Source: Opitutia bacterium (GTDB taxonomy: Bacteria; Verrucomicrobiota; Verrucomicrobiia; Opitutales; Opitutaceae). From it: a stretch of DNA of 64,000 nt. Positions 48,644 through 56,873 of this stretch are shown here, one piece after another (positions within the stretch are counted from its first letter, which is position 1; each line of letters starts with the position of its first letter). Position numbers and translations under genes: made by a program. The stretch spans positions 5,812-69,811 of the forward strand of contig CANFSZ010000005.1 of assembly GCA_947449835.1 (NCBI GenBank), written 5' to 3'. Under the pieces are notes generated by a model, which worked only from the letters and a program-made list of their open reading frames with translations, was not told the DNA's origin and searched no databases.

Positions 48644-49092
48644 GCGCACTAGGTCGAGATCTAGTGGCGAACCGTTTAAGGTCTGCGGGCGGCTGAAGTT
48701 GTCAGTCGCCCGCTGCATGTTTCTGTCTGAATTCGGGAAGCGCTAATTGCTTTGGAATGTCACGCTTCATGGGTTCTTCGTCGTGGGGTGGCCTCGATAA
48801 ATTTTTCCACGCTCGTGCTTCTGATGATGGTGCTTTAATCTGCATCACCCGTTTGGCCTACGCTTATGAGGCCTGCGTGATCAAGGCGACAGGGGTGGCC
48901 TAAATGACGCTCGCCGGTGGTAGCGCGGTGATTCGGTTCGCGGTAAATTCTTTGATTCCCAAGGGCGCCAGTGTGACAACGGGGGTTGGCTCTGAGCTGA
49001 CGATAGAGACATTGCCGGGCGCCATCGTTACGGTTAACCCTACATCGACTTTAGTGGGGGAAAAACTATAGCTGGTCAAAAACGGCGATGTC

Positions 49093-49488
49093 ATGACCGA
49101 GCAGACGGTCACGTTGAATTTAAAACTGGGTAAAGTGCTTTCCACGCTGGATACTGCGCGAAAGCCGATCAATCGCTACGGCGTGCGTACGCCCAAAGGC
49201 GTCGCGGCGGCGCGTGGGACGGTTTATGCCGTCCGCGTCGATGTCATGGGCTATTCGATCGCGACGTTGAGTGGGCAGGTCACGCTCGATCTTGGTGACG
49301 GCAGGAGTTTGTCGATTCCCGTCGGGACATCTTCGGTGAATGGTGCGGCTACGACTACGTTGGCCGCGGCGATCGCATCGAATCCCGCGCTCGCTCAGGA
49401 CATCGCGACGGCAGTCTCGGTCGTCGCCGCGCAGGTCTCGATGCGCTCGAGCCTAGTAGAAACGTCCGCTTCGGCCTTGGCCGTGTAG
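49093..49488 (+). CDS. FecR-domain fragment (longest intact ORF of the interrupted gene)
   Basis: YGVRTPKGVAAARGTVYAVRVD matches the FecR-family V.TP...v.vrGT.F.V block. Confidence 0.5.
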   Translation: MTEQTVTLNLKLGKVLSTLDTARKPINRYGVRTPKGVAAARGTVYAVRVDVMGYSIATLSGQVTLDLGDGRSLSIPVGTSSVNGAATTTLAAAIASNPALAQDIATAVSVVAAQVSMRSSLVETSASALAV

Positions 49489-49542
49489 GCTTCGGTTTTG
49501 AATGCGGCCTCGGCGGCCTTGCTGTAGCAGGCGGCGAATTTC

Positions 49543-49920
49543 ATGCAGCAGGCGATTCAAGAGGTTGCTACGCCGACCTCAGCCGTCTTTGGCGCGGCGA
49601 CGGGCGACGCGGTGGCGACGCTCACTGAGGTCGCCGTGCAAGGCGCGGTGCAAACATTGAGTGCTGTGAATCCGGCCGCCGCGCAGCAAGTCACCGGTGC
49701 GATTACGAATGTGGCGGTTGCGACGGCCGCGAGTTCGGGCATCGAAGTGAATGTGGAAGCGATCCAAAACGCCGCGGCTAAGGGCGCGGCCTCCGGTGCA
49801 GCTAATGCAACTGCTCCGGCTTCAAACCCCGACCAGCAGAACGCGAATTCTGTCGCACCGAAATCTACGCCTAGGCAGATCAACCCGATCGATCCTTCGG
49901 TGGTCAGTCCTTTAACTTGA
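49543..49920 (+). CDS. Ala/Gln-rich C-terminal fragment of the interrupted gene
   Basis: In the same frame as 49093-49488. Low-complexity Ala-rich sequence ending ...INPIDPSVVSPLT. Confidence 0.4.
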   Translation: MQQAIQEVATPTSAVFGAATGDAVATLTEVAVQGAVQTLSAVNPAAAQQVTGAITNVAVATAASSGIEVNVEAIQNAAAKGAASGAANATAPASNPDQQNANSVAPKSTPRQINPIDPSVVSPLT

Positions 49921-50058
49921 CGGTGCTTTTTTACTGCTGAGTTTAGCGAGGCGATGACCCGTTACTGGAACTCGAAAACAATTTTCGGGGCCCGGTGATC
50001 TATACCGGCTCAGCTTGGCTGACCAACCAAGGCAGAAGGGGGCGCGGGATTTTAAGAT

Positions 50059-51087
50059 TTATTCCAAAAACGAAGCTTGTTTTGGCGCGAGGGCGGCGGC
50101 GCGGCGCGCTGCTTCCTCCTCGGGCGAAGCGTTGAGGTGGCGGGGCGGACGCGAGGCTTTGGCGGCGACGGCGGCTTCACGGTCCGTGACGATGCGGTCG
50201 CAGATTTGGTGAATGTGCATGCGCAGCCACTGTGTGGTGCTGCTCTGGGCCGTGTAATCGGCGGGGCCGTAATGATCGATGCGGCCGACTTGGCGGAGGC
50301 GGTCGTTTTGCGCGAATTCCTCGGGCTTCGCTGGATTGTACACGCCGAAGGATTTGCCGCCATTACCTTTGACCACGGAGAAACTCGGCACATCGCTCGG
50401 ACCGTCGGCGATGTAGATCATGTTTTGAAACGGAATGCGGCGATCTTCCTCGGCCATCTTGGAATTTACGTCGATGGCTGGATTTTTATTCGTACCTTTG
50501 TTGATCTCAAAAATAGCGCGGGTCTTGGTGGTGTTGTCGATGACCATACCGATTTGTGCGATCTCGGCGGCGGCGTCGAGGGAGAGTTCTTTTTGCCGCA
50601 GGAAACCCGGTTGCAGCGGATTTTCGATGAATTCGCAGGCCCAAATGCCGTCGACGAGCGGGGCAATCGCGCTTCCCCGTACCATCTCGGCCAATCCGGT
50701 GCTCACAATGTAATGTTCGAGCGAAATTTCGTGTTTTTGATATTCGGGGCGCTCGCTGACGAATGATTTGGCGCGGTCAAAAAAATCGGGCAGGCCGGGA
50801 TAGAAACCGATTTCGCGACCGCTCGCGCGGAGTTTCTCGTTGTTGAGCCCTGCCATGGGTCCAGCGAGGACGTAAGTGAGAAGATGGTTTAGGTAACTGA
50901 TCTCGGGGGAGAGATGGTAGCCGCGTTTTTTATAGTGGCCGACGAGGGCGTTGGTCTCGCCCCAAAACGTGGCTTCGTCGATGCCGTAGCGCCTAAATAG
51001 AGGCGACTGCATGTATTCGGGGATTAAGGTCTTGTCGAAATCCCAGATGCAGGCGATGATGTTTTGAGTGAAGAGCGTCGTGGCCAT
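50059..51087 (-). CDS. HAD superfamily hydrolase
   Basis: Motif I CIWDFDKTL (DxDxT) and motif IV-like IYIADGPSDVPSF. 342 aa with an Ala/Arg-rich tail. Confidence 0.7.
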   Translation of the reverse strand: MATTLFTQNIIACIWDFDKTLIPEYMQSPLFRRYGIDEATFWGETNALVGHYKKRGYHLSPEISYLNHLLTYVLAGPMAGLNNEKLRASGREIGFYPGLPDFFDRAKSFVSERPEYQKHEISLEHYIVSTGLAEMVRGSAIAPLVDGIWACEFIENPLQPGFLRQKELSLDAAAEIAQIGMVIDNTTKTRAIFEINKGTNKNPAIDVNSKMAEEDRRIPFQNMIYIADGPSDVPSFSVVKGNGGKSFGVYNPAKPEEFAQNDRLRQVGRIDHYGPADYTAQSSTTQWLRMHIHQICDRIVTDREAAVAAKASRPPRHLNASPEEEAARRAAALAPKQASFLE

Positions 51088-51200
51088 TGCAGATCAACAC
51101 CGCTAGGCAAGCATTGCCTCGCGCGGAGCTGACTCGCAGACAAGCCGCACCCGGCCGCTCGCGCAATTCGCAAATCTTCACCGTCTAAACGTCCGGTTCC

Positions 51201-52322
51201 ATGGATTCCCTGCCTGATATCGCTCCCTTTCAACGCCGCCTCGATGAACTCGATGCGCAAATGGCGGAGCCAAGTTTTTACGCTCACTCGCGGCGTGCCG
51301 CTGAAATAATGCGCGAGCATCAGAAATTACAAAAACTCGTGGCCGATTTCCGACTCCACGAGCGCATCGAACGCGAAATGATCGAAGCCACAGATTTGAG
51401 CCGCGATGCCCAGGCCGACCCAGAAATGCGTAATCTCGCCGCCGCCGAGTTGCCCGAGTTACAACGCCGCGCCGCGGAATTACGGGAAGTCGTTTTACTG
51501 GCGATGATCCCGCCCGAGCCGACGGATTCGCGTAATACTATTATGGAAATTCGCGCCGGAACGGGCGGCGAGGAAGCGGCGCTTTTCGCCGCAGAGTTGA
51601 CCCGCGTTTATCACCGCTACGCGGATGCGCAGGGTTGGAAAATCCAGCCGATGAGCACGAGCTACTCCGAACGTGGCGGTTTCCGAGAAACCATTTTTCT
51701 CATCACCGGAACAGATGTTTACAAACAACTGAAATTTGAAAGTGGCGTTCAACGCGTGAAACGCGTGCCCGTCACCGAGTCTAGCGGTCGCATCCACACA
51801 TCGACTGTTACGGTTGCCGTGTTGCCCGAGGCCGAAGAAGTCGACGTGGTCGTCGATCCGCAAGATCTCGAAATCACAGTCGCCCGGGCGAGTGGACCCG
51901 GCGGACAAGGCGTGAATACGACGGATTCAGCGGTTCAGATTCTTCATAAACCTACAGGCCTTATCGTCACCTGCGCCGACGAACGCTCGCAGATTAAAAA
52001 TAAAGCCAAGGCGATGACGGTCTTGCGCTCACGGCTCCTCCAGCGCCGCCAAGACGAAGAGCACGCCAAATACGCGGCCGTGCGACGCAACCAAATCGGT
52101 TCTGGCGACCGTAGCGAACGCATCCGCACGTACCATTTTCTCCAGAATCGTGTCACCGAGCATCGTATCGGGCTCACGCTTTACAGCCTGCCGCAAGTGA
52201 TGGAAGGCAAGATCGACGAGATAATCGCCGCGCTCCAAAAAGCGGATTATCAAGCCAAGCTCGCGACGCTGACCGGACATACCTTCGAGCCTCACCGCGC
52301 CCACAACGACGACGAAGATTAA
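51201..52322 (+). CDS. prfA: Peptide chain release factor 1
   Basis: RF1 codon-recognition tripeptide PVT (RVPVTESSGRIHTS) and the GGQ motif (SGPGGQGVNTTDSAV). Confidence 0.95.
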   Translation: MDSLPDIAPFQRRLDELDAQMAEPSFYAHSRRAAEIMREHQKLQKLVADFRLHERIEREMIEATDLSRDAQADPEMRNLAAAELPELQRRAAELREVVLLAMIPPEPTDSRNTIMEIRAGTGGEEAALFAAELTRVYHRYADAQGWKIQPMSTSYSERGGFRETIFLITGTDVYKQLKFESGVQRVKRVPVTESSGRIHTSTVTVAVLPEAEEVDVVVDPQDLEITVARASGPGGQGVNTTDSAVQILHKPTGLIVTCADERSQIKNKAKAMTVLRSRLLQRRQDEEHAKYAAVRRNQIGSGDRSERIRTYHFLQNRVTEHRIGLTLYSLPQVMEGKIDEIIAALQKADYQAKLATLTGHTFEPHRAHNDDED

Positions 52323-52323
52323 T

Positions 52324-53187
52324 ATGCCCTCTGTTTTAGAAATTATTCAGAAATCGTCGGAGTTTTTATCGGCCCGTGGCGTCGAATCGCCGCGTTTAAA
52401 TGCCGAACTGCTCATCGGCCACGCCCTCGAATTGAAGCGGATGCAGCTTTATTTGCAGTTTGAGCGTGTGCTGACGGAGCCGGAATTGGAAAAAATCCGC
52501 CCGCTCGTGAAGCGCCGTTCACAGCGGGAACCGCTGCAATACATCATCGGCACGGTTGAATTCGGTGGACTAAAATTAAAGGTTGATCGGCGGGCGTTGA
52601 TTCCTCGTCCGGAGACCGAACTGTTGATCGAAAAAATTGTTGGGCTTTGCTTGCAACTGCCCCAGAGCGTGTTGGACCTCGGAACCGGAACGGGCGCCAT
52701 CGCTTTGGCGCTCGCTAAGGCGTTTTCAGAAGCGCGGGTCACGGCGGTTGATGTGAGTGAAGAGGCTTTGGCCTTGGCTGAGGAAAATGTACTCGCGTCT
52801 GGCTTCGGCCCGCGGGTGCGTTTGGTAAACTCCGCGTGGTTTAAGGAGCTCCAGCCCGAAGATCGCTTTGAGTTAATTGTCTCGAATCCACCTTATCTCA
52901 CCGACGCAGAGACCGACGCGGCTGCGCCTGAGGTGCGTGGTCATGAGCCCCGCTCGGCGCTGGTCGGCGGTCTCGATGGGCTGGTGGATTTACGCGAGAT
53001 CATCAGCGCGGCCTCGCCGTTTTTGGCGCCGGGCGGTCTGCTGGCATTGGAGACGGGCATCGCCCAACATGCCGAATTGATGACGCTCGCCGCCGCGCAC
53101 GGCTTTGTGCGGATTGAATCAGGCCGCGATTTGACCGGCCGCGATCGTTTTATTTTTGCATGGAAACCTGGCGCTCCTGGCGCTTGA
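52324..53187 (+). CDS. prmC: Release-factor glutamine N5-methyltransferase PrmC (HemK)
   Basis: VLDLGTGTGAIAL SAM motif and NPPY catalytic motif. Lies immediately downstream of prfA. Confidence 0.92.
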   Translation: MPSVLEIIQKSSEFLSARGVESPRLNAELLIGHALELKRMQLYLQFERVLTEPELEKIRPLVKRRSQREPLQYIIGTVEFGGLKLKVDRRALIPRPETELLIEKIVGLCLQLPQSVLDLGTGTGAIALALAKAFSEARVTAVDVSEEALALAEENVLASGFGPRVRLVNSAWFKELQPEDRFELIVSNPPYLTDAETDAAAPEVRGHEPRSALVGGLDGLVDLREIISAASPFLAPGGLLALETGIAQHAELMTLAAAHGFVRIESGRDLTGRDRFIFAWKPGAPGA

Positions 53188-53193
53188 GCCTCT

Positions 53194-55395
53194 TCAGCCT
53201 TTGCTATCGGCGGTGAGGGGCGGGCGATTGGTCGCCCAAGATTCACGGTTTTTACCAAGCTCAATGGCGTCAACGATCACGCGAAGTGATTCACGCAGGT
53301 GGATGTCCACTTTACCGTAACTTTCGTTTTCCTCGGAAAGTGTCTCAGCGTCTTCATCGTCGTCTTTTTTGGGAGCTTTGATGCGTGGGGCTGGCGGCGG
53401 GCCGAGGCGGTATTCCTTAAAAGTGAAATCATTCTTCGCGAGAAGCTCGCGTTCTTTTTTCATGTCTTTACGGAAAGCGGTGTCGGAGAGTTTTTGCTGT
53501 TGGCGCTCCTCGAGGTTGAGCGAGACGAGTTTCTGTTCTTGGCGGCTTTTGAACCACTCGATGTTGCGTTTGAGGAAGGTGAATTCCTCGAGCTGAGATT
53601 GGCGTGCGACACTGGCTTTGCGGAGTGGGCTGAGAATTTTGGTATCTAAGGGGCTGCCGTCGTAGAAGCTGGTAGGGATTTGATCCCAGACGAGCGCGTG
53701 GGGCAGGGCGGCTTCACCGATCGGGAGGTAATCGTCGATTGAGGGCAGGACTATGTCGGGAACGACGCCTTTGAGTTGGGTGGAGGCGCCGCCGGGAAGG
53801 TAGAATTTCTGGATAGTGATTTTGGCCGCGCCCGTTTTGGCGGGCGAACTGGCGAGGAGGCGGGAGATGTTTTTCATCTCCATGACGGTCTGGACGGTGC
53901 CTTTACCGTGGGTCGAGGTGTCGCCGATCACGACGGCGCGGCCGTAATTTTGGAGTGCGCCGGCCACGATTTCCGAAGCGGAGGCGCTGAAGCGATCCAC
54001 GAGCACGGCGAGCGGTCCCTCGTAGGCTATGTTGGCGGACTTGTCGCTATCGACTTGGATTGCTCCCGAGTAGTCTTTTACCTGCACGATCGGGCCGCGG
54101 CGGATGAATAAACCGGCGAGGTCGATGGCTTCGGTCAGATAGCCGCCGCCGTTGCGCCGCAGGTCGAGGACGAGGCCGGTGATGCCGGCGTTTTTGAGCT
54201 GCTCGATGAGCCGGGCGACATCTTTAGTGGCGCCGGTTTTTTCGCCATCGCTGTCCGTATCGCCGTCTTCCGCTGGGCCATAGAAGGCTGGCAAGGAAAT
54301 GACGCCGAGGGATTGGTTGCCGCCAGAAGGGGTGGGGACTTGGAAGATAGCGGAATGCGCCCGGGCGGAATTCAGTTTAACGACATCGCGGTTGATGATG
54401 ATTTCTTTACGGACGGAGGGATCGGTCGCATCGGCCGGCTGGACGATGATGCGCACTTGGGTGTTTTTCTGACCACGGATCATGTCCACGACCTTGCGCA
54501 ATTTCATGCCGATGACTTCGACGGGCTCGGCGCCAGTTTGTGCGACTGAGACGATGCGGTCGTTGGGTTTGAGTTCGCGACCGAGATCGGCGGGACCGCC
54601 GGGAACGATTTCTTTGACGTAGCAGTTATCGTCTTCGACGCCCAAGAGCGCGCCGATGCCGACGAGTTGAAGTTTCATTTGAATCCCAAAATCTTCGAAG
54701 GTTTCGGCGGAGAAATAGGTGGAATGCGGGTCGTAAAGGCGAGCCATGCATCCGAGGTAAATTTCGGCTAGGTCACGGCCTTCTATCTCGGCGAGATTTT
54801 TGAGCATGCGCTCGTAGCGTTTGTGGACCGTGGTCTTGGCTTCCTCGATCGTTTTTTTATTCAGGAGCTCGTCGATGAGTTCGAGTTTGAGGCGGTCGCG
54901 CCAGAGTTCATCTGAGTTGGCGAAATTTGCCGGCCAGTCGGATTTGGTGCGGTCTTTGCGGTAGGTGGCGTTGGTTTTGAGATCGAAATCTTTTTTTAAC
55001 TCTTCGAAAATCCATGCGATGCGAGTTTCGGCGCGAGTCTCGTAGGTAGAAAAAATCTGATACGCAGCGTCGATGTTGCCGAGATAGGAGGCGTTTTCGT
55101 AGACGCTGTTGCCGTATTTGGAGACGAAACCAGCTTTGTCGCTGTTAAGGAAGAAGAGGCGCTGACCATCGAGCTCGCCCATGTAATCGGCGATCACTTG
55201 ATTGTAGTCGGAGCTTTTGACGGCGTCGCGGTTGTAGTGGGCTTGCTCGAGAAGTTGGATGAGGGTTTTGGTTTCCGTCGAGAGCGTGGTTGAGGTGCTG
55301 AATTTACGGTCGGATGCCAACAAAAAGCTGGTGGCGCTGAGGACGTAAATTAAGAGACTATAAAACCAGGCTTTTTTAAATTTATTCAGATTCAT
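53194..55395 (-). CDS. S41 family carboxy-terminal processing (tail-specific) protease
   Basis: PDZ region, then the S41 catalytic block DRFSASASEIVAGALQ. Signal anchor present. 733 aa. Confidence 0.88.
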   Translation of the reverse strand: MNLNKFKKAWFYSLLIYVLSATSFLLASDRKFSTSTTLSTETKTLIQLLEQAHYNRDAVKSSDYNQVIADYMGELDGQRLFFLNSDKAGFVSKYGNSVYENASYLGNIDAAYQIFSTYETRAETRIAWIFEELKKDFDLKTNATYRKDRTKSDWPANFANSDELWRDRLKLELIDELLNKKTIEEAKTTVHKRYERMLKNLAEIEGRDLAEIYLGCMARLYDPHSTYFSAETFEDFGIQMKLQLVGIGALLGVEDDNCYVKEIVPGGPADLGRELKPNDRIVSVAQTGAEPVEVIGMKLRKVVDMIRGQKNTQVRIIVQPADATDPSVRKEIIINRDVVKLNSARAHSAIFQVPTPSGGNQSLGVISLPAFYGPAEDGDTDSDGEKTGATKDVARLIEQLKNAGITGLVLDLRRNGGGYLTEAIDLAGLFIRRGPIVQVKDYSGAIQVDSDKSANIAYEGPLAVLVDRFSASASEIVAGALQNYGRAVVIGDTSTHGKGTVQTVMEMKNISRLLASSPAKTGAAKITIQKFYLPGGASTQLKGVVPDIVLPSIDDYLPIGEAALPHALVWDQIPTSFYDGSPLDTKILSPLRKASVARQSQLEEFTFLKRNIEWFKSRQEQKLVSLNLEERQQQKLSDTAFRKDMKKERELLAKNDFTFKEYRLGPPPAPRIKAPKKDDDEDAETLSEENESYGKVDIHLRESLRVIVDAIELGKNRESWATNRPPLTADSKG

Positions 55396-55485
55396 TTTAC
55401 TGAAGATGATACGGGGTAAAGTTTAGTTATTTTTAGAGGCCGAAGCAGAGGTGCGGCTACTCTAACTGGTCGAAGATGGATGTTT

Positions 55486-56376
55486 TTAGGGCCTTAAATT
55501 TTTGGCCTGATTTAACTTTTCTTTTTCGTCACGTGTGAGGGAGTTCAGGCCGGTGCTGTTGATCTTGTCGAGTATGCGATCCACTTCGGCGCGCAGGTGT
55601 TCCCGTTGTTTTGACGACGTGGGGGTAGTTAGCAGGGTGGGCTCAGCTGTTTTTACCCCTTGGTTATGGTTAAAGAATGAGGCGGGATTAGATCCTCGCG
55701 ATCGAAAAAAATATCCTAGACCTCCTTGGCTGACACTAAAATAGAGCCAGCCGGCGAATAATCCCCCGAAATGTGAGGAAGGCGCGTAGGCGAAGGGGGC
55801 AACAGCTCCATAGATCTCATAAAAAATTGAGGCCCCCAGAGAGACACCGGCTAGCGCCATCACGAAAATTTTTGGCCTTATCGCCACCGGGATGAAAAAA
55901 AACAGAAGAAACCGGAGTTCTATTTCGGGTTTTAGCCAGGCGAAGTAGGCAAGAAGTCCACAGATTCCGGCAGTGGCGCCGGCTAGTACACCGCCCGTTT
56001 GCCAGTGGATCACAGACCAGAACAAACCGCCTGTTACGATTGATGTACCGTATAAAATCAAAAATACCCGCGGGCTTATCGATTTTAGTAACTCACCTCC
56101 CAAAAAGATCAGGCCGGCCACGACCATGATGATTTGCAGGATATTGTGGGTGTCGTGCACCCAGCCATGGGTTAACAAAGTCCAGAGACGAAATTCCCTA
56201 AGACTAAATCCACTGAGTGCTACCCGCTGAAATAAATCCGGCCCTGGCCTTGCCTGTAGAAATTGGAAAAAAAGCTGCAGCACGTAGCCCGCGATCACTG
56301 ATGAGATTAACCAAACGTGAGCTGAAGTCCCTCGCTCAGTCGAGGGGGCGCGCATATATGAACGGTCAGACAACAT
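55486..56376 (-). CDS. Rhomboid-family membrane protein with non-canonical active site and a C-terminal helical tail
   Basis: Rhomboid TM2 block LWTLLTHGWVH and TM6 block SSHFGGLFAGWLY are present. The TM4 GxSG motif reads GATAG, with no Ser. Confidence 0.75.
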   Translation of the reverse strand: MLSDRSYMRAPSTERGTSAHVWLISSVIAGYVLQLFFQFLQARPGPDLFQRVALSGFSLREFRLWTLLTHGWVHDTHNILQIIMVVAGLIFLGGELLKSISPRVFLILYGTSIVTGGLFWSVIHWQTGGVLAGATAGICGLLAYFAWLKPEIELRFLLFFFIPVAIRPKIFVMALAGVSLGASIFYEIYGAVAPFAYAPSSHFGGLFAGWLYFSVSQGGLGYFFRSRGSNPASFFNHNQGVKTAEPTLLTTPTSSKQREHLRAEVDRILDKINSTGLNSLTRDEKEKLNQAKNLRP

Positions 56377-56528
56377 GGATTGGCAAATACCGGTAACTTC
56401 ATCGCCTTAAAACACAAGTCAGCGCATGTCGAAAGGCGGACTTTTGCCTTTTGCGCCCGAAACGTGATTTTGGTGATACAGGGACGTCCGCTTGACAGGA
56501 TTCCTGCGCAGAGTTTCCTCCACCAAAT

Positions 56529-56762
56529 ATGGCTAATAAAGCAGACAAGTGGGCGCAAAACACAGCAGGTAAGTTCTTCGTCGATCAGCAATGCATCGAT
56601 TGTGATCTTTGCCGGGAAACGGCTCCCGGATTCTTCACGCGCCATGACGAAGGTGGCTACTCCTACGTGCACAAGCAGCCCGTGGCCGAAGATGAAATCG
56701 CGGTTTGCATGGAGGCGCTCGAAGGTTGCCCGGTTGAAGCCATCGGTAACGACGGCGAGTAA
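56529..56762 (+). CDS. Ferredoxin (single [3Fe/4Fe-4S] cluster type)
   Basis: 77 aa. CIDCDLC...CP Cys pattern. Confidence 0.85.
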   Translation: MANKADKWAQNTAGKFFVDQQCIDCDLCRETAPGFFTRHDEGGYSYVHKQPVAEDEIAVCMEALEGCPVEAIGNDGE

Positions 56763-56791
56763 GCGCGCGCTCGATTTTAGCCTTTCTTTCT

Positions 56792-56819
56792 AACACCTCC
56801 GCTTGGGAGGTGTTTTTTT
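56792..56819 (+). terminator. Rho-independent terminator after the ferredoxin gene
   Basis: aacacctcc-gcttg-ggaggtgtt perfect 9-bp stem followed by a T run. Confidence 0.85.
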
Positions 56820-56873
56820 GGCTTAATTTCGTTGGTAAACTCAAAAAATATTTTGTATTTACCACTGCTTTCT

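Larger units (their letters stand above)
48757..49920 (+). pseudogene. FecR-domain / Ala-rich protein gene interrupted by in-frame TAA (48901) and TAG (49069, 49486, 49525), with no frameshift
   Basis: One frame is protein-like across all four stops. The FecR-type domain is split by the TAG at 49069. The final stop is TGA at 49918-49920. Confidence 0.5.

Noticed and set aside
48900-49172. 90-aa minus-strand ORF
   Set aside because: It is antisense to the FecR-like reading frame, which has a recognisable domain. It shows no coding features of its own.
51201-52322. Idea that RF1 (prfA), 1.3 kb from the amber-containing gene, is functionally linked to it
   Set aside because: prfA-prmC is a conserved housekeeping pair. 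A divergently oriented HAD gene lies between it and the FecR-like gene. The proximity is most simply coincidence. RF1 motifs (PVT, GGQ) look normal.
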